DNA from: Eledone cirrhosa
Taxonomy: Eukaryota
Length of the DNA stretch: 64,000 bases
Direction: 5' to 3'
Assembly (NCBI GenBank): GCA_964016885.1
Contig: OZ024740.1
Coordinates: 441,006,001-441,070,000, forward strand
This document shows positions 12,001 through 25,400 of the stretch, piece by piece. The translations under genes were made by a program, and so were the position numbers. The notes below the pieces were generated by a model. The model did not search any database. It saw only the letters and a program-made list of their open reading frames with translations, and was not told the origin of the DNA. Within the stretch, counting starts at the first letter, position 1, and every line of letters begins with the position of its first letter.

Positions 12001-15000
12001 TTCTCACATATTAGTGTTGGTTCTCACATAGTACGGTTGTTCTAACATAGTAGGGTTGGTTCTAACGTAGTAGTGTTGGTTCTCACATAGTAGTGTTGGT
12101 TCTCACATAGTAGTGTTGGTTCTAACATAGTAGTGTTGGTTCTCACATAGTACGGTTGTTCTAACATAGTAGGGTTGGTTCTAACATAGTAGTGTTGGTT
12201 CTAACATAGTAGTGTTGGTTCTAACATAGTAGTGTTGGTTCTAAAATAGTAAGGTTGGTTCTAACATAGTAGTGTTGGTTCTAACATAGTAGTTGGTTCT
12301 AACATAGTAGTGTTGGTTCTAACATAGTAGTGTTGGTTCTCACATAGTAGGGTTGGTTCTAACATAGTAGTGTTGTTTCTAAAATAGTGGTTTTGGTTCT
12401 AACGTAGTAGTGTTGGTTCAAACATAGTAGTGTTGGTTCTAACGTAGTAGTGTTGGTTCTAACATAGTAGTGTTGGTTCTCACATAGTAGTGTTGGTTCT
12501 AACGTAGTAGTGTTGGTTCTAACATAGTAGTGTTGGTTCTCACATAGTAGTGTTGGTTCTAACATAGTAGTGTTGGTTCTGACATAGTAGTGTTGGTTCT
12601 CACATAGTAGTGTTGGTTCTAACGTAGTAGTGTTGGTTCTCACATAGTAGTGTTGGTTCTAACATAGTAGTGTTGGTTCTCACATAGTACGGTTGTTCTA
12701 ACATATTAGTGTTGGTTCTAACATAGTAGTGTTTATTCTAACATAGTAGTGTTGGTTCTAACATAGTAGTGTTGGTTCTAACATAGTAGTGTTGGTTCTC
12801 ACATAGTAGTGTTGGTTCTCACATAGTATTATTGGTTCTAACATAGTAGTGCTGGTTCTCACATAGTAGTGTTGGTTCTCACATAGTAGGGTTGGTTCTA
12901 ACATAGTAGGCTTGGTTCTAACATAGTAGTGTTGGTTCTCACATAGTAGGGTTGGTTCTAACATAGCAGGGTTGGTTCTAACATAGTAGTGTTGGTTCTC
13001 ACATAGTAGTGTTGCTTCTAATATAGTAGGGTTGGTTCTAACATAGTAGTGTTGGTTCGCACATAGTAGTGTTGGTTCTAATATAGTAGGGTTGGTTCTC
13101 ACATAGTAGGGTTGTTTCTAATAGTAGTGTTGGTTTTCACATAGTAGTGTTGGTTCTCACATAGTACGGTTGTTCTAACATAGTAGGGTTGGTTCTAACG
13201 TAGTAGTGTTGGTTCTCACATAGTAGTGTTGGTTCTCACATAGTAGTGTTGGTTCTAACATAGTAGTGTTGGTTCTCACATAGTACGGTTGTTCTAACAT
13301 AGTAGGTTTGGTTCTAACATAGTAGTGTTGGTTCTAACATAGTAGTGTTGGTTCTAACATAGTAGTGTTGGTTCTAACATAGTAAGGTTGGTTCTAACAT
13401 AGTAGTGTTGGTTCTAACATAGTAGTTGGTTCTAACATAGTAGTGTTGGTTCTAACATAGTAGTGTTGGTTCTCACATAGTAGGGTTGGTTCTAACATAG
13501 TAGTGTTGGTTCTAACATAGTAGTGTTGGTTCTAACATAGTAGTGTTGGTTCTAACCTAGTAGTGTTGGTTCTAACATAGTGGTGTGGGTTCTCACATAG
13601 AAGTGTTGGTTCTAACATAGTAGTGTTGGTTCTAACATAGTAGTGTTGGTTCTAACATAGTAGTGTTGGTTCTCACATAGTAGTGTTGGTTCTAACATAG
13701 TAGTGTTGGTTCTCACATAGTAGTGTTGGTTCTAAGATAGTAGTGTTGGTTCTAACATAGTAGTGTTGGTTCTCACATAGTAGTGTTGGTTCTCACATAG
13801 TAATGTTGGTTCTAACATAGTAGTGTTGGTTCTAACATAGTAGTGTTGGTTCTAACATAGTAGTGTTGGTTCTAACCTAGTAGTGTTGGTTCTAACATAG
13901 TAGTGTTGGTTCTCACATAGTAGTGTTGGTTCTAACATAGTAGTGTTGGTTCTCACATAGTAGTGTTGGTTCTAAGATAGTAGCGTTGGTTCTAACATAG
14001 TAGTGTTGGTTCTAACATAGTAGTGTTGGTTCTCACATAGTAGTGTTGGTTCTAACATAGTAGTGTTGGTTCTCACATAGTAGTGTTGGTTCTAACATAG
14101 TAGTGTTGGTTCTAACATAGTAGTGTTGGTTCTCACATAGTAGTGTTGGTTCTCACATAGTAGTGTTGGTTCTCACATAGTAGTGTTGGTTCCCACATAG
14201 TAATGTTGGTTCTAACATAGTAGTGTTGGTTCTAACATAGTAGTGTTGGTTCTCACATAGTAGTGTTGGTTCTCACATAGTAGTGTTGGTTCTCACATAC
14301 TAGTGTTGTTTCTCACATAGTAATGTTGGTTCTCACATAGTAGTGTTGGTTCTAACATAGTAGTGTTGGTTCTAACATTGTAGTGTTGGTTCTCACATAG
14401 TAGTGTTGGTTCTAACGTAGTAGTGTTGGTTCTAACATAGTAGTGTTGGTTCTCACATAGTAGTGTTGGTTCTAACATAGTAGTGTTGGTTCTAACATAG
14501 TAGTGTTGGTTCTAACATAGTAGTGTTGGTTCTAACGTAGTAGTGTTGGTTCTAACCTAGTAGTGTTGGTTCTAACATAGTAGTGTTGGTTCTCACATAG
14601 TAGTGTTGGTTCTAACATAGTAGTGTTGGTTCTAACATAGTAGTGTTGGTTCTCACATAGTAGTGTTGGTTCTCACATACTAGTGTTGGTTCTCACATAG
14701 TAATGTTGGTTCTCACATAGTAGTGTTGGTTCTAACATAGTAGTGTTGGTTCTAACATTGTAGTGTTGGTTCTCACATAGTAGTGTTGGTTCAAACGTAG
14801 TATATTTGGTTCTAACATAGTAGTGTTGGTTCTCACATAGTAGTGTTGGTTCTAACATAGTAGTGTTGGTTCTAACATAGTAGTGTTGGTTCTAACGTAG
14901 TAGTGTTGGTTCTAACATAGTAGTGTTGGTTCTAACGTAGTAGTGTTGGTTCTAACATAGTAGTGTTGGTTCTCACATAGTAGTGTTGGTTCTAACGTAG

Positions 15001-18000
15001 TAGTGTTGGTTCTAACATAGTAGTGTTGGTTCTAACATAGTAGTGTTGGTTCTAACATAGTAGTGTTGGTTCTCACATAGTAGTGTTGGTTCTAACGTAG
15101 TAGTGTTGGTTCTAACATAGTAGTGTTGGTTCTCACATAGTAGTGTTGGTTCTAACATAGTAGTGTTGGTTCTAACATAGTAGTGTTGGTTCTCACATAG
15201 TAGTGTTGGTTCTAACGTAGTAGTGTTGGTTCTAACATAGTAGTGTTGGTTCTCACATAGTAGTGTTGGTTCTAACATAGTAGTGTTGGTTCTAACATAG
15301 TAGTGTTGGTTCTCACATAGTAGTGTTGGTTCTAACGTAGTAGTGTTGGTTCTCACATAGTACGGTTGTTCTAACATAGTAGGGATGGTTCTAACATAGT
15401 AGTGTTGGTTCTAATATATTACTGTTGGTTCTAACATAGTAGTGTTGGTTCTAACATAGTAAGGTTGGTTCTAACATAGTAGTGTTGGTTCTAACATAGT
15501 AGTTGGTTCTAACATAGTAGTGTTGGTTCTAACATAGTAGTGTTGGTTCTCACATAGTAGGGTTGGTTCTAACATAGTAGTGTTGGTTCTAATATAGTAG
15601 TGTTGGTTCTAACATAGTAGTGTTTGTTCTAACATAGTAGTGTTGGATCTAACCTAGTAGTGTTGGTTCTAACATAGTAGTGTTGGTTCTCACATAGTAG
15701 TGTTGGTTCTAACATAGTAGTGTTGGTTCTCACATAGTAGTGTTGGTTCTAACATAGTAGTGTTGGTTCTCACATAGTAGTGTTGGTTCTAACATAGTAG
15801 TGTTGGTTCTCACATAGTAGTGTTGGTTCTCACATAGTAGTGTCGGTTCTCACATACTAGTGTTGGTTCTCACATAGTAATGTTGGTTCTCACATAGTAG
15901 TGTTGGTTCTAACATAGTAGTGTTGGTTCTACCATTGTAGTGTTGGTTCTCACATAGTAGTGTTGGTTCTAACATAGTAGTGTTGGTTCTAACATAGTAG
16001 TGTTGGTTCTAACATAGTAGTGTTGGTTCTAACATAGTAGTGTTGGTTTTTACATTGTAGTGTTGTTTCTAACATAGTAGGGTTGGTTCTAACATAGTAG
16101 TGTTGGTTCTCACATAGTAGTGTTGATTCTAACATAGTAATGTTGGTTCTAACATAGTAGTGTTGGTTCTAACATATTAGTGTTGGTTCTAACATAGTAG
16201 TGTTTATTCTAACATAGTAGTGTTGGTTCTAACATAGTAGTGTTGGTTCTCACATAGTAGTGTTTGTTCTACAATAATAGTGTTGGTTCTAACATAGTAG
16301 TGTTGGTTCTAACATAGTAGTGTTGGTTCTAACATAGTAGTGTTGATTCTAACATAGTAGTGTTGGTTCTAACATAGTAGTGTTGGTTCTAACATATTAG
16401 TGTTGGTTCTAACATAGTAGTGTTTATTCTAACATAGTAGTGTTGGTTCTAACATAGTAGTGTTGGTTCTAACATAGTAGTGTTGGTTCTCACATAGTAG
16501 TGTTGGTTCTCACATAGTATTATTGGTTCTAACATAGTAGTGCTGGTTCGCACATAGTAGTGTTGGTTCTCACATAGTAGGGTTGGTTCTAACATAGTAG
16601 GCTTGGTTCTAACATAGTAGTGTTGGTTCTCACATAGTAGGGTTGGTTCTAACATAGTAGGGTTGGTTCTAACATAGTAGTGTTGGTTCTCACATAGTAG
16701 TGTTGCTTCTAATATAGTAGGGTTGGTTCTAACATAGTAGTGTTGGTTCGCACATAGTAGTGTTGGTTCTAATATAGTAGGGTTGGTTCTCACATAGTAG
16801 GGTTGTTTCTAATAGTAGTGTTGGTTCTCACATAGTAGTGTTGGTTCTCACATAGTACGGTTGTTCTAACATAGTAGGGTTGGTTCTAACGTAGTAGTGT
16901 TGGTTCTCACATAGTAGTGTTGGTTCTCACATAGTAGTGTTGGTTCTAACATAGTAGTGTTGGTTCTCACATAGTACGGTTGTTCTAACATAGTAGGGTT
17001 GGTTCTAACATAGTAGTGTTGGTTCTAACATAGTAGTGTTGGTTCTAACATAGTAGTGTTGGTTCTAACATAGTAAGGTTGGTTCTAACATAGTAGTGTT
17101 GGTTCTAACATAGTAGTTGGTTCTAACATAGTAGTGTTGGTTCTAACATAGTAGTGTTGGTTCTCACATAGTAGGGTTGGTTCTAACATAGTAGTGTTGT
17201 TTCTAACATAGTGGTTTTGGTTCTAACGTAGTAGTGTTGGTTCAAACATAGTAGTGTTGGTTCTAACGTAGTAGTGTTGGTTCTAACATAGTAGTGTTGG
17301 TTCTCACATAGTAGTGTTGGTTCTAACGTAGTAGTGTTGGTTCTAACATAGTAGTGTTGGTTCTCACATAGTAGTGTTGGTTCTAACATAGTAGTGTTGG
17401 TTCTAACATAGTAGTGTTGGTTCTCACATAGTAGTGTTGGTTCTAACGTAGTAGTGTTGGTTCTCACATAGTAGTGTTGGTTCTAACATAGTAGTGTTGG
17501 TTCTCACATAGTACGGTTGTTCTAACATATTAGTGTTGGTTCTAACATAGTAGTGTTTATTCTAACATAGTAGTGTTGGTTCTAACATAGTAGTGTTGGT
17601 TCTAACATAGTAGTGTTGGTTCTCACATAGTAGTGTTGGTTCTCACATAGTATTATTGGTTCTAACATAGTAGTGCTGGTTCTCACATAGTAGTGTTGGT
17701 TCTCACATAGTAGGGTTGGTTCTAACATAGTAGGCTTGGTTCTAACATAGTAGTGTTGGTTCTCACATAGTAGGGTTGGTTCTAACATAGTAGGGTTGGT
17801 TCGCACATAGTAGTGTTGGTTCTAATATAGTAGGGTTGGTTCTCACATAGTAGGGTTGTTTCTAATAGTAGTGTTGGTTTTCACATAGTAGTGTTGGTTC
17901 TCACATAGTACGGTTGTTCTAACATAGTAGGGTTGGTTCTAACGTAGTAGTGTTGGTTCTCACATAGTAGTGTTGGTTCTCACATAGTAGTGTTGGTTCT

Positions 18001-19400
18001 AACATAGTAGTGTTGGTTCTCACATAGTACGGTTGTTCTAACATAGTAGGGTTGGTTCTAACATAGTAGTGTTGGTTCTAACATAGTAGTGTTGGTTCTA
18101 ACATAGTAGTGTTGGTTCTAACATAGTAAGGTTGGTTCTAACATAGTAGTGTTGGTTCTAACATAGTAGTTGGTTCTAACATAGTAGTGTTGGTTCTAAT
18201 ATAGTAGGGTTGGTTCTCACATAGTAGGGTTGTTTCTAATAGTAGTGTTGGTTTTCACATAGTAGTGTTGGTTCTCACATAGTACGGTTGTTCTAACATA
18301 GTAGGGTTGGTTCTAACGTAGTAGTGTTGGTTCTCACATAGTAGTGTTGGTTCTCACATAGTAGTGTTGGTTCTAACATAGTAGTGTTGGTTCTCACATA
18401 GTAGTGTTGGTTCTAACATAGTAGTGTTGGTTCTAACATAGTGGTGTGGGTTCTCACATAGAAGTGTTGGTTCTAACATAGTAGTGTTGGTTCTAACATA
18501 GTAGTGTTGGTTCTAACATAGTAGTGTTGGTTCTCACATAGTAATGTTGGTTCTAACATAGTAGTGTTGGTTCTCACATAGTAGTGTTGGTTCTAAGATA
18601 GTAGTGTTGGTTCTAACATAGTAGTGTTGGTTCTCACATAGTAGTGTTGGTTCTCACATAGTAATGTTGGTTCTAACATAGTAGTGTTGGTTCTAACATA
18701 GTAGTGTTGGTTCTAACATAGTAGTGTTGGTTCTAACCTAGTAGTGTTGGTTCTAACATAGTAGTGTTGGTTCTCACATAGTAGTGTTGGTTCTAACATA
18801 GTAGTGTTGGTTCTCACATAGTAGTGTTGGTTCTAAGATAGTAGCGTTGGTTCTAACATAGTAGTGTTGGTTCTAACATAGTAGTGTTGGTTCTCACATA
18901 GTAGTGTTGGTTCTAACATAGTAGTGTTGGTTCTCACATAGTAGTGTTGGTTCTAACATAGTAGTGTTGGTTCTAACATAGTAGTGTTGGTTCTCACATA
19001 GTAGTGTTGGTTCTCACATAGTAGTGTTGGTTCTCACATAGTAGTGTTGGTTCTCACATAGTAATGTTGGTTCTAACATAGTAGTGTTGGTTCTAACATA
19101 GTAGTGTTGGTTCTCACATAGTAGTGTTGGTTCTCACATAGTAGTGTTGGTTCTCACATACTAGTGTTGGTTCTCACATAGTAATGTTGGTTCTCACATA
19201 GTAGTGTTGGTTCTAGCATAGTAGTGTTGGTTCTAACATTGTAGTGTTGGTTCTCACATAGTAGTGTTGGTTCTAACGTAGTAGTGTTGGTTCTAACATA
19301 GTAGTGTTGGTTCTCACATAGTAGTGTTGGTTCTAACATAGTAGTGTTGGTTCTAACATAGTAGTGTTGGTTCTAACATAGTAGTGTTGGTTCTAACGTA
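1..19400 (+). repeat. Left sub-domain: ~4,824-bp higher-order unit plus a ~6.6-kb block duplicated at offset 9,008
   Basis: Identical or near-identical variant-containing ORFs recur at offset 4,824/4,825 (460/5285, 2617/7441, 11625/16449, 12359/17183) and at offset 9,008 (2617/11625, 3351/12359, 3750/12758, 5285/14293, 6004/15012, 7441/16449). A domain-specific 18-mer AATAGTAGTGTTGGTTCT occurs at ~2979, 7803, 10195, 16811 and elsewhere. The right boundary is approximate. Confidence 0.85.
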
Positions 19401-22400
19401 GTAGTGTTGGTTCTAACATAGTAGTGTTGGTTCTAACGTAGTAGTGTTGGTTCTAACATAGTAGTGTTGCTTCTCACATAGTAGTGTTGGTTCCAACATA
19501 GTAGTGTTGGTTCTAACATAGTAGTGTTGGTTCTCACATAGTAGTGTTGTTTCTAATGTAGTAGTGTTGGTTCTAATATAGTAGTGTTGGTTCTAACATA
19601 GTAGTTTTGTTTCTAACATAGTGGTTTTGGTTCTAACGTAGTAGTGTTGGTTCTAACATAGTAGTGTTGGTTCTAACGTAGTAGTGTTGGTTCTAACATA
19701 GTAGTGTTGGTTCTCACATAGTAGTGTTGGTTCTAACGTAGTAGTGTTGGTTCTAACATAGTAGTGTTGGTTCTCACATAGTAGTGTTGGTTCTAACATA
19801 GTAGTGTTGGTTCTAACATAGTAGTGTTGGTTCTCACATAGTAGTGTTGGTTCTAACGTAGTAGTGTTGGTTCTGACATATTAGTGTTGGTTCTCACATA
19901 GTAGTGTTGGTTCTAACATAGTAGTGTTGGTTCTAACATAGTAGTGTTGGTTTTAACATAGTAGTGTTGGTTCTAACATAGTAGTGTTAGTTTTAACATA
20001 GTAGTGTTGGTTGTAACATAGTAGTGTTGGTTTTAACATTGTAGTGTTGGTTCTAACATAGTAGTGTTGGTTCTAACATAGTAGTGTTGGTTCTAACATA
20101 GTAGTGTTGGTTTTTACGTTGTAGTGTTGTTTCTAACATAGTAGGGTTGGTTCTAACATAGTAGTGTTGGTTCTCACATAGTAGTGTTGATTCTAACATA
20201 GTAGTGTTGGTTCTCACATAGTAGTGTTTGTTCTACAATAATAGTGTTGGTTCTCACATAGTAGTGTTGGTTCTAACATAGTAGTGGTGGTTCTCACATA
20301 GTAGTGTTGGTTCTAACATAGTAGTGTTGGTTCTCACATAGTAGTGTTGGTTCTCACATAGTAGTGTTGGTTCTCACATAGTAGTGTTGGTTCTCACATA
20401 GTAATGTTGGTTCTATCATAGTAGTGTTGGTTCTAACATAGTAGTGTTGGTTCTCACATAGTAGTGTTGGTTCTCACATAGTAGTGTTGGTTCTCACATA
20501 GTAGTGTTGGTTCTCACATAGTAGTGTTGGTTCTCACATACTAGTGTTGGTTCTCACATAGTAATGTTGGTTCTCACATAGTATTGTTGGTTCTAACATA
20601 GTAGTGTTGGTTCTAACATAGTAGTGTTGGTTCTAACATAGTAGTGTTGGTTCTAACGTAGTAGTGTTGGTTCTAACATAGTAGTGTTGGTTCTAACGTA
20701 GTAGTGTTGGTTCTAACATAGTAGTGTTGCTTCTCACATAGTAGTGTTGGTTCTAACGTAGTAGTGTTGGTTCTAACATAGTAGTGTTGGTTCTCACATA
20801 GTAGTGTTGGTTCTAACGTAGTAGTGTTGGTTCTAATATAGTAGTGTTGGTTCTAGCATAGTAGTGTTGTTTCTAACATAGTGGTTTTGGTTCTAACGTA
20901 GTAGTGTTGGTTCTAACATAGTAGTGTTGGTTCTAACGTAGTAGTGTTGGTTCTAACATAGTAGTGTTGGTTCTCACATAGTAGTGTTGGTTCTAACGTA
21001 GTAGTGTTGGTTCTAACATAGTAGTGTTGGTTCTCACATAGTAGTGTTGGTTCTAATGTAGTAGTGTTGGTTCTCACATAGTACGGTTGTTCTAACATAG
21101 TAGGGATGGTTCTAACATAGTAGTGTTGGTTCTAATATAGTAGTGTTGGTTCTAACATAGTAGTGTTGGTTCTAACATAGTAAGGTTGGTTCTAACATAG
21201 TAGTGTTGGTTCTAACATAGTAGTTGGTTCTAACATAGTAGTGTTGGTTCTAACATAGTAGTGTTGGTTCTCACATAGTAGGGTTGGTTCTAATATAGTA
21301 GTGTTGGTTCTAACATAGTAGTGTTGGTTCTAACATAGTAGTGTTTGTTCTAACATAGTAGTGTTGGTTCTAACCTAGTAGTGTTGGTTCTAACATAGTA
21401 GTGTTGGTTCTCACATAGTAGTGTTGGTTCTAACATAGTAGCGTTGGTTCTCACATAGTAGTGTTGGTTCTAACATAGTAGTGTTGGTTCTAACATAGTA
21501 GTGTTGGTTCTCACATAGTAGTGTTGGTTCTCACATAGTAGTGTTGGTTCTCACATAGTAGTGTTGGTTCTCACATAGTAATGTTGGTTCTAACATAGTA
21601 GTGTTGGTTCTAACATAGTAGTGTTGGTTCTCACATAGTAGTGTTGGTTCTCACATAGTAGTGTTGGTTCTCACATACTAGTGTTGGTTCTCACATAGTA
21701 ATGTTGGCTCTCACATTGTAGTGTTGGTTCTAACATAGTAGTGTTGGTTCTAACATTGTAGTGTTGGTTCTCACATAGTAGTGTTGGTTCTAACGTAGTA
21801 GTGTTGGTTCTAACATAGTAGTGTTGGTTCTCACATAGTAGTGTTGGTTCTAACATAGTAGTGTTGGTTCTAACATAGTAGTGTTGGTTCTAACATAGTA
21901 GTGTTGGTTCTAACGTAGTAGTGTTGGTTCTAACATAGTAGTGTTGGTTCTAACATAGTAGTGTTGGTTCTAACATAGTAGTGTTGCTTCTCACATAGTA
22001 GTGTTGGTTCTAACGTAGTAGTGTTGGTTCTAACATAGTAGTGTTGGTTCTCACATAGTAGTGTTGGTTCTAACGTAGTAGTGTTGGTTCTAATATAGTA
22101 GTGTTGGTTCTAACATAGTAGTGTTGGTTCTAACATAGTGGTTTTGGTTCTAACGTAGTAGTGTTGGTTCTAACATAGTAGTGTTGGTTCTCACATAGTA
22201 GTGTTGGTTCTAACGTAGTAGTGTTGGTTCTAACATAGTAGTGTTGGTTCTCATATAGTAGTGTTGGTTCTAACATAGTAGTGTTGGTTCTAACATAGTA
22301 GTGTTGGTTCTCACATAGTAGTGTTGGTTCTAACGTAGTAGTGTTGGTTCTGACATAGAAGTGTTGGTTCTCACATAGTAGTGTTGGTTCTAACATAGTA

Positions 22401-25400
22401 GTGTTGGTTCTAACATAGTAGTGTTGGTTTTAACATAGTAGTGTTGGTTCTAACATAGTAGTGTTGGTTCTAACATAGTAGTGTTGGTTGTAACATAGTA
22501 GTGTTGGTTTTTACGTTGTAGTGTTGTTTCTAACATAGTAGGGTTGGTTATAACATAGTAGTGTTGGTTCTCACATAGTAGTGTTGATTCTAACATAGTA
22601 GTGTTGGTTCTCACATAGTAGTGTTTGTTCTACAATAATAGTGTTGGTTCTAACATAGTAGTGTTGGTTCTAACCTAGTAGTGTTGGTTCTAACATAGTA
22701 GTGTTGGTTCTCACATAGTAGTGTTGGTTCTAACATAGTAGTGTTGGTTCTCACATAGTAGTGTTGGTTCTAACATAGTAGTGTTGGTTCTAACATAGTA
22801 GTGTTGGTTCTCACATAGTAGTGTTGGTTCTCACATAGTAGTGTTGGTTCGCACATAGTAGTGTTGGTTCTCACATAGTAATGTTGGTTCTATCATAGTA
22901 GTGTTGGTTCTAACATAGTAGTGTTGGTTCTCACATAGTAGTGTTGGTTCTAACATAGTAGTGTTGGTTCTCACATAGTAGTGGTGGTTCTCACATAGTA
23001 GTGTTGGTTCTCACATACTAGTGTTGGTTCTCACATAGTAATGTTGGTTCTCACATAGTAGTGTTGGTTCTAACATAGTAGTGTTGGTTCTAACATTGTA
23101 GTGTTGGTTCTCACATAGTAGTGTTGGTTCTAACGTAGTAGTGTTGGTTCTAACATAGTAGTGTTGGTTCTCACATAGTAGTGTTGGTTCTAACATAGTA
23201 GTGTTGGTTCTAACATAGTAGTGTTGGTTCTAACATAGTAGTGTTGGTTCTAACGTAGTAGTGTTGGTTCTAACATAGTAGTGTTGGTTCTAACGTAGTA
23301 GTGTTGGTTCTAACATAGTAGTGTTGCTTCTCACATAGTAGTGTTGGTTCTAACGTAGTAGTGTTGGTTCTAACATAGTAGTGTTGGTTCTCACATAGTA
23401 GTGTTGGTTCTAACGTAGTAGTGTTGGTTCTAATATAGTAGTGTTGGTTCTAGCATAGTAGTGTTGTTTCTAACATAGTGGTTTTGGTTCTAACGTAGTA
23501 GTGTTGGTTCTAACATAGTAGTGTTGGTTCTAACGTAGTAGTGTTGGTTCTAACATAGTAGTGTTGGTTCTCACATAGTAGTGTTGGTTCTAACGTAGTA
23601 GTGTTGGTTCTAACATAGTAGTGTTGGTTCTCACATAGTAGTGTTGGTTCTCACATAGTAGTGTTGGTTCTCACATACTAGTGTTGGTTCTCACATAGTA
23701 ATGTTGGCTCTCACATTGTAGTGTTGGTTCTAACATAGTAGTGTTGGTTCTAACATTGTAGTGTTGGTTCTCACATAGTAGTGTTGGTTCTAACGTAGTA
23801 GTGTTGGTTCTAACATAGTAGTGTTGGTTCTCACATAGTAGTGTTGGTTCTAACATAGTAGTGTTGGTTCTAACATAGTAGTGTTGGTTCTAACATAGTA
23901 GTGTTGGTTCTAACGTAGTAGTGTTGGTTCTAACATAGTAGTGTTGGTTCTAACATAGTAGTGTTGGTTCTAACATAGTAGTGTTGCTTCTCACATAGTA
24001 GTGTTGGTTCTAACATAGTAGTGTTGGTTCTAACATAGTAGTGTTGGTTCTCACATAGTAGTGTTGGTTCTAACGTAGTAGTGTTGGTTCTAATATAGTA
24101 GTGTTGGTTCTAACATAGTAGTGTTGTTTCTAACATAGTGGTTTTGGTTCTAACGTAGTAGTGTTGGTTCTAACATAGTAGTGTTGGTTCTCACATAGTA
24201 GTGTTGGTTCTAACGTAGTAGTGTTGGTTCTAACATAGTAGTGTTGGTTCTCATATAGTAGTGTTGGTTCTAACATAGTAGTGTTGGTTCTAACATAGTA
24301 GTGTTGGTTCTCACATAGTAGTGTTGGTTCTAACGTAGTAGTGTTGGTTCTGACATAGAAGTGTTGGTTCTCACATAGTAGTGTTGGTTCTAACATAGTA
24401 GTGTTGGTTCTAACATAGTAGTGTTGGTTTTAACATAGTAGTGTTGGTTCTAACATAGTAGTGTTGGTTCTAACATAGTAGTGTTGGTTGTAACATAGTA
24501 GTGTTGGTTTTTACGTTGTAGTGTTGTTTCTAACATAGTAGGGTTGGTTATAACATAGTAGTGTTTGTTCTACAATAATAGTGTTGGTTCTAACATAGTA
24601 GTGTTGGTTCTAACCTAGTAGTGTTGGTTCTAACATAGTAGTGTTGGTTCTCACATAGTAGTGTTGGTTCTAACATAGTAGTGTTGGTTCTCACATAGTA
24701 GTGTTGGTTCTAACATAGTAGTGTTGGTTCTAACATAGTAGTGTTGGTTCTCACATAGTAGTGTTGGTTCTCACATAGTAGTGTTGGTTCGCACATAGTA
24801 GTGTTGGTTCTCACATAGTAATGTTGGTTCTATCATAGTAGTGTTGGTTCTAACATAGTAGTGTTGGTTCTCACATAGTAGTGTTGGTTCTAACATAGTA
24901 GTGTTGGTTCTCACATAGTAGTGGTGGTTCTCACATAGTAGTGTTGGTTCTCACATACTAGTGTTGGTTCTCACATAGTAATGTTGGTTCTCACATAGTA
25001 GTGTTGGTTCTAACATAGTAGTGTTGTTTCTAACATTGTAGTGTTGGTTCTCACATAGTAGTGTTGGTTCTAACGTAGTAGTGTTGGTTCTAACATAGTA
25101 GTGTTGGTTCTCACATAGTAGTGTTGGTTCTAACATAGTAGTGTTGGTTCTAACATAGTAGTGTTGGTTCTAACATAGTAGTGTTGGTTCTAACGTAGTA
25201 GTGTTGGTTCTAACATAGTAGTGTTGGTTCTAACGTAGTAGTGTTGGTTCTAACATAGTAGTGTTGCTTCTCACATAGTAGTGTTGGTTCTAACGTAGTA
25301 GTGTTGGTTCTAACATAGTAGTGTTGGTTCTCACATAGTAGTGTTGGTTCTAACGTAGTAGTGTTGGTTCTAATATAGTAGTGTTGGTTCTAGCATAGTA

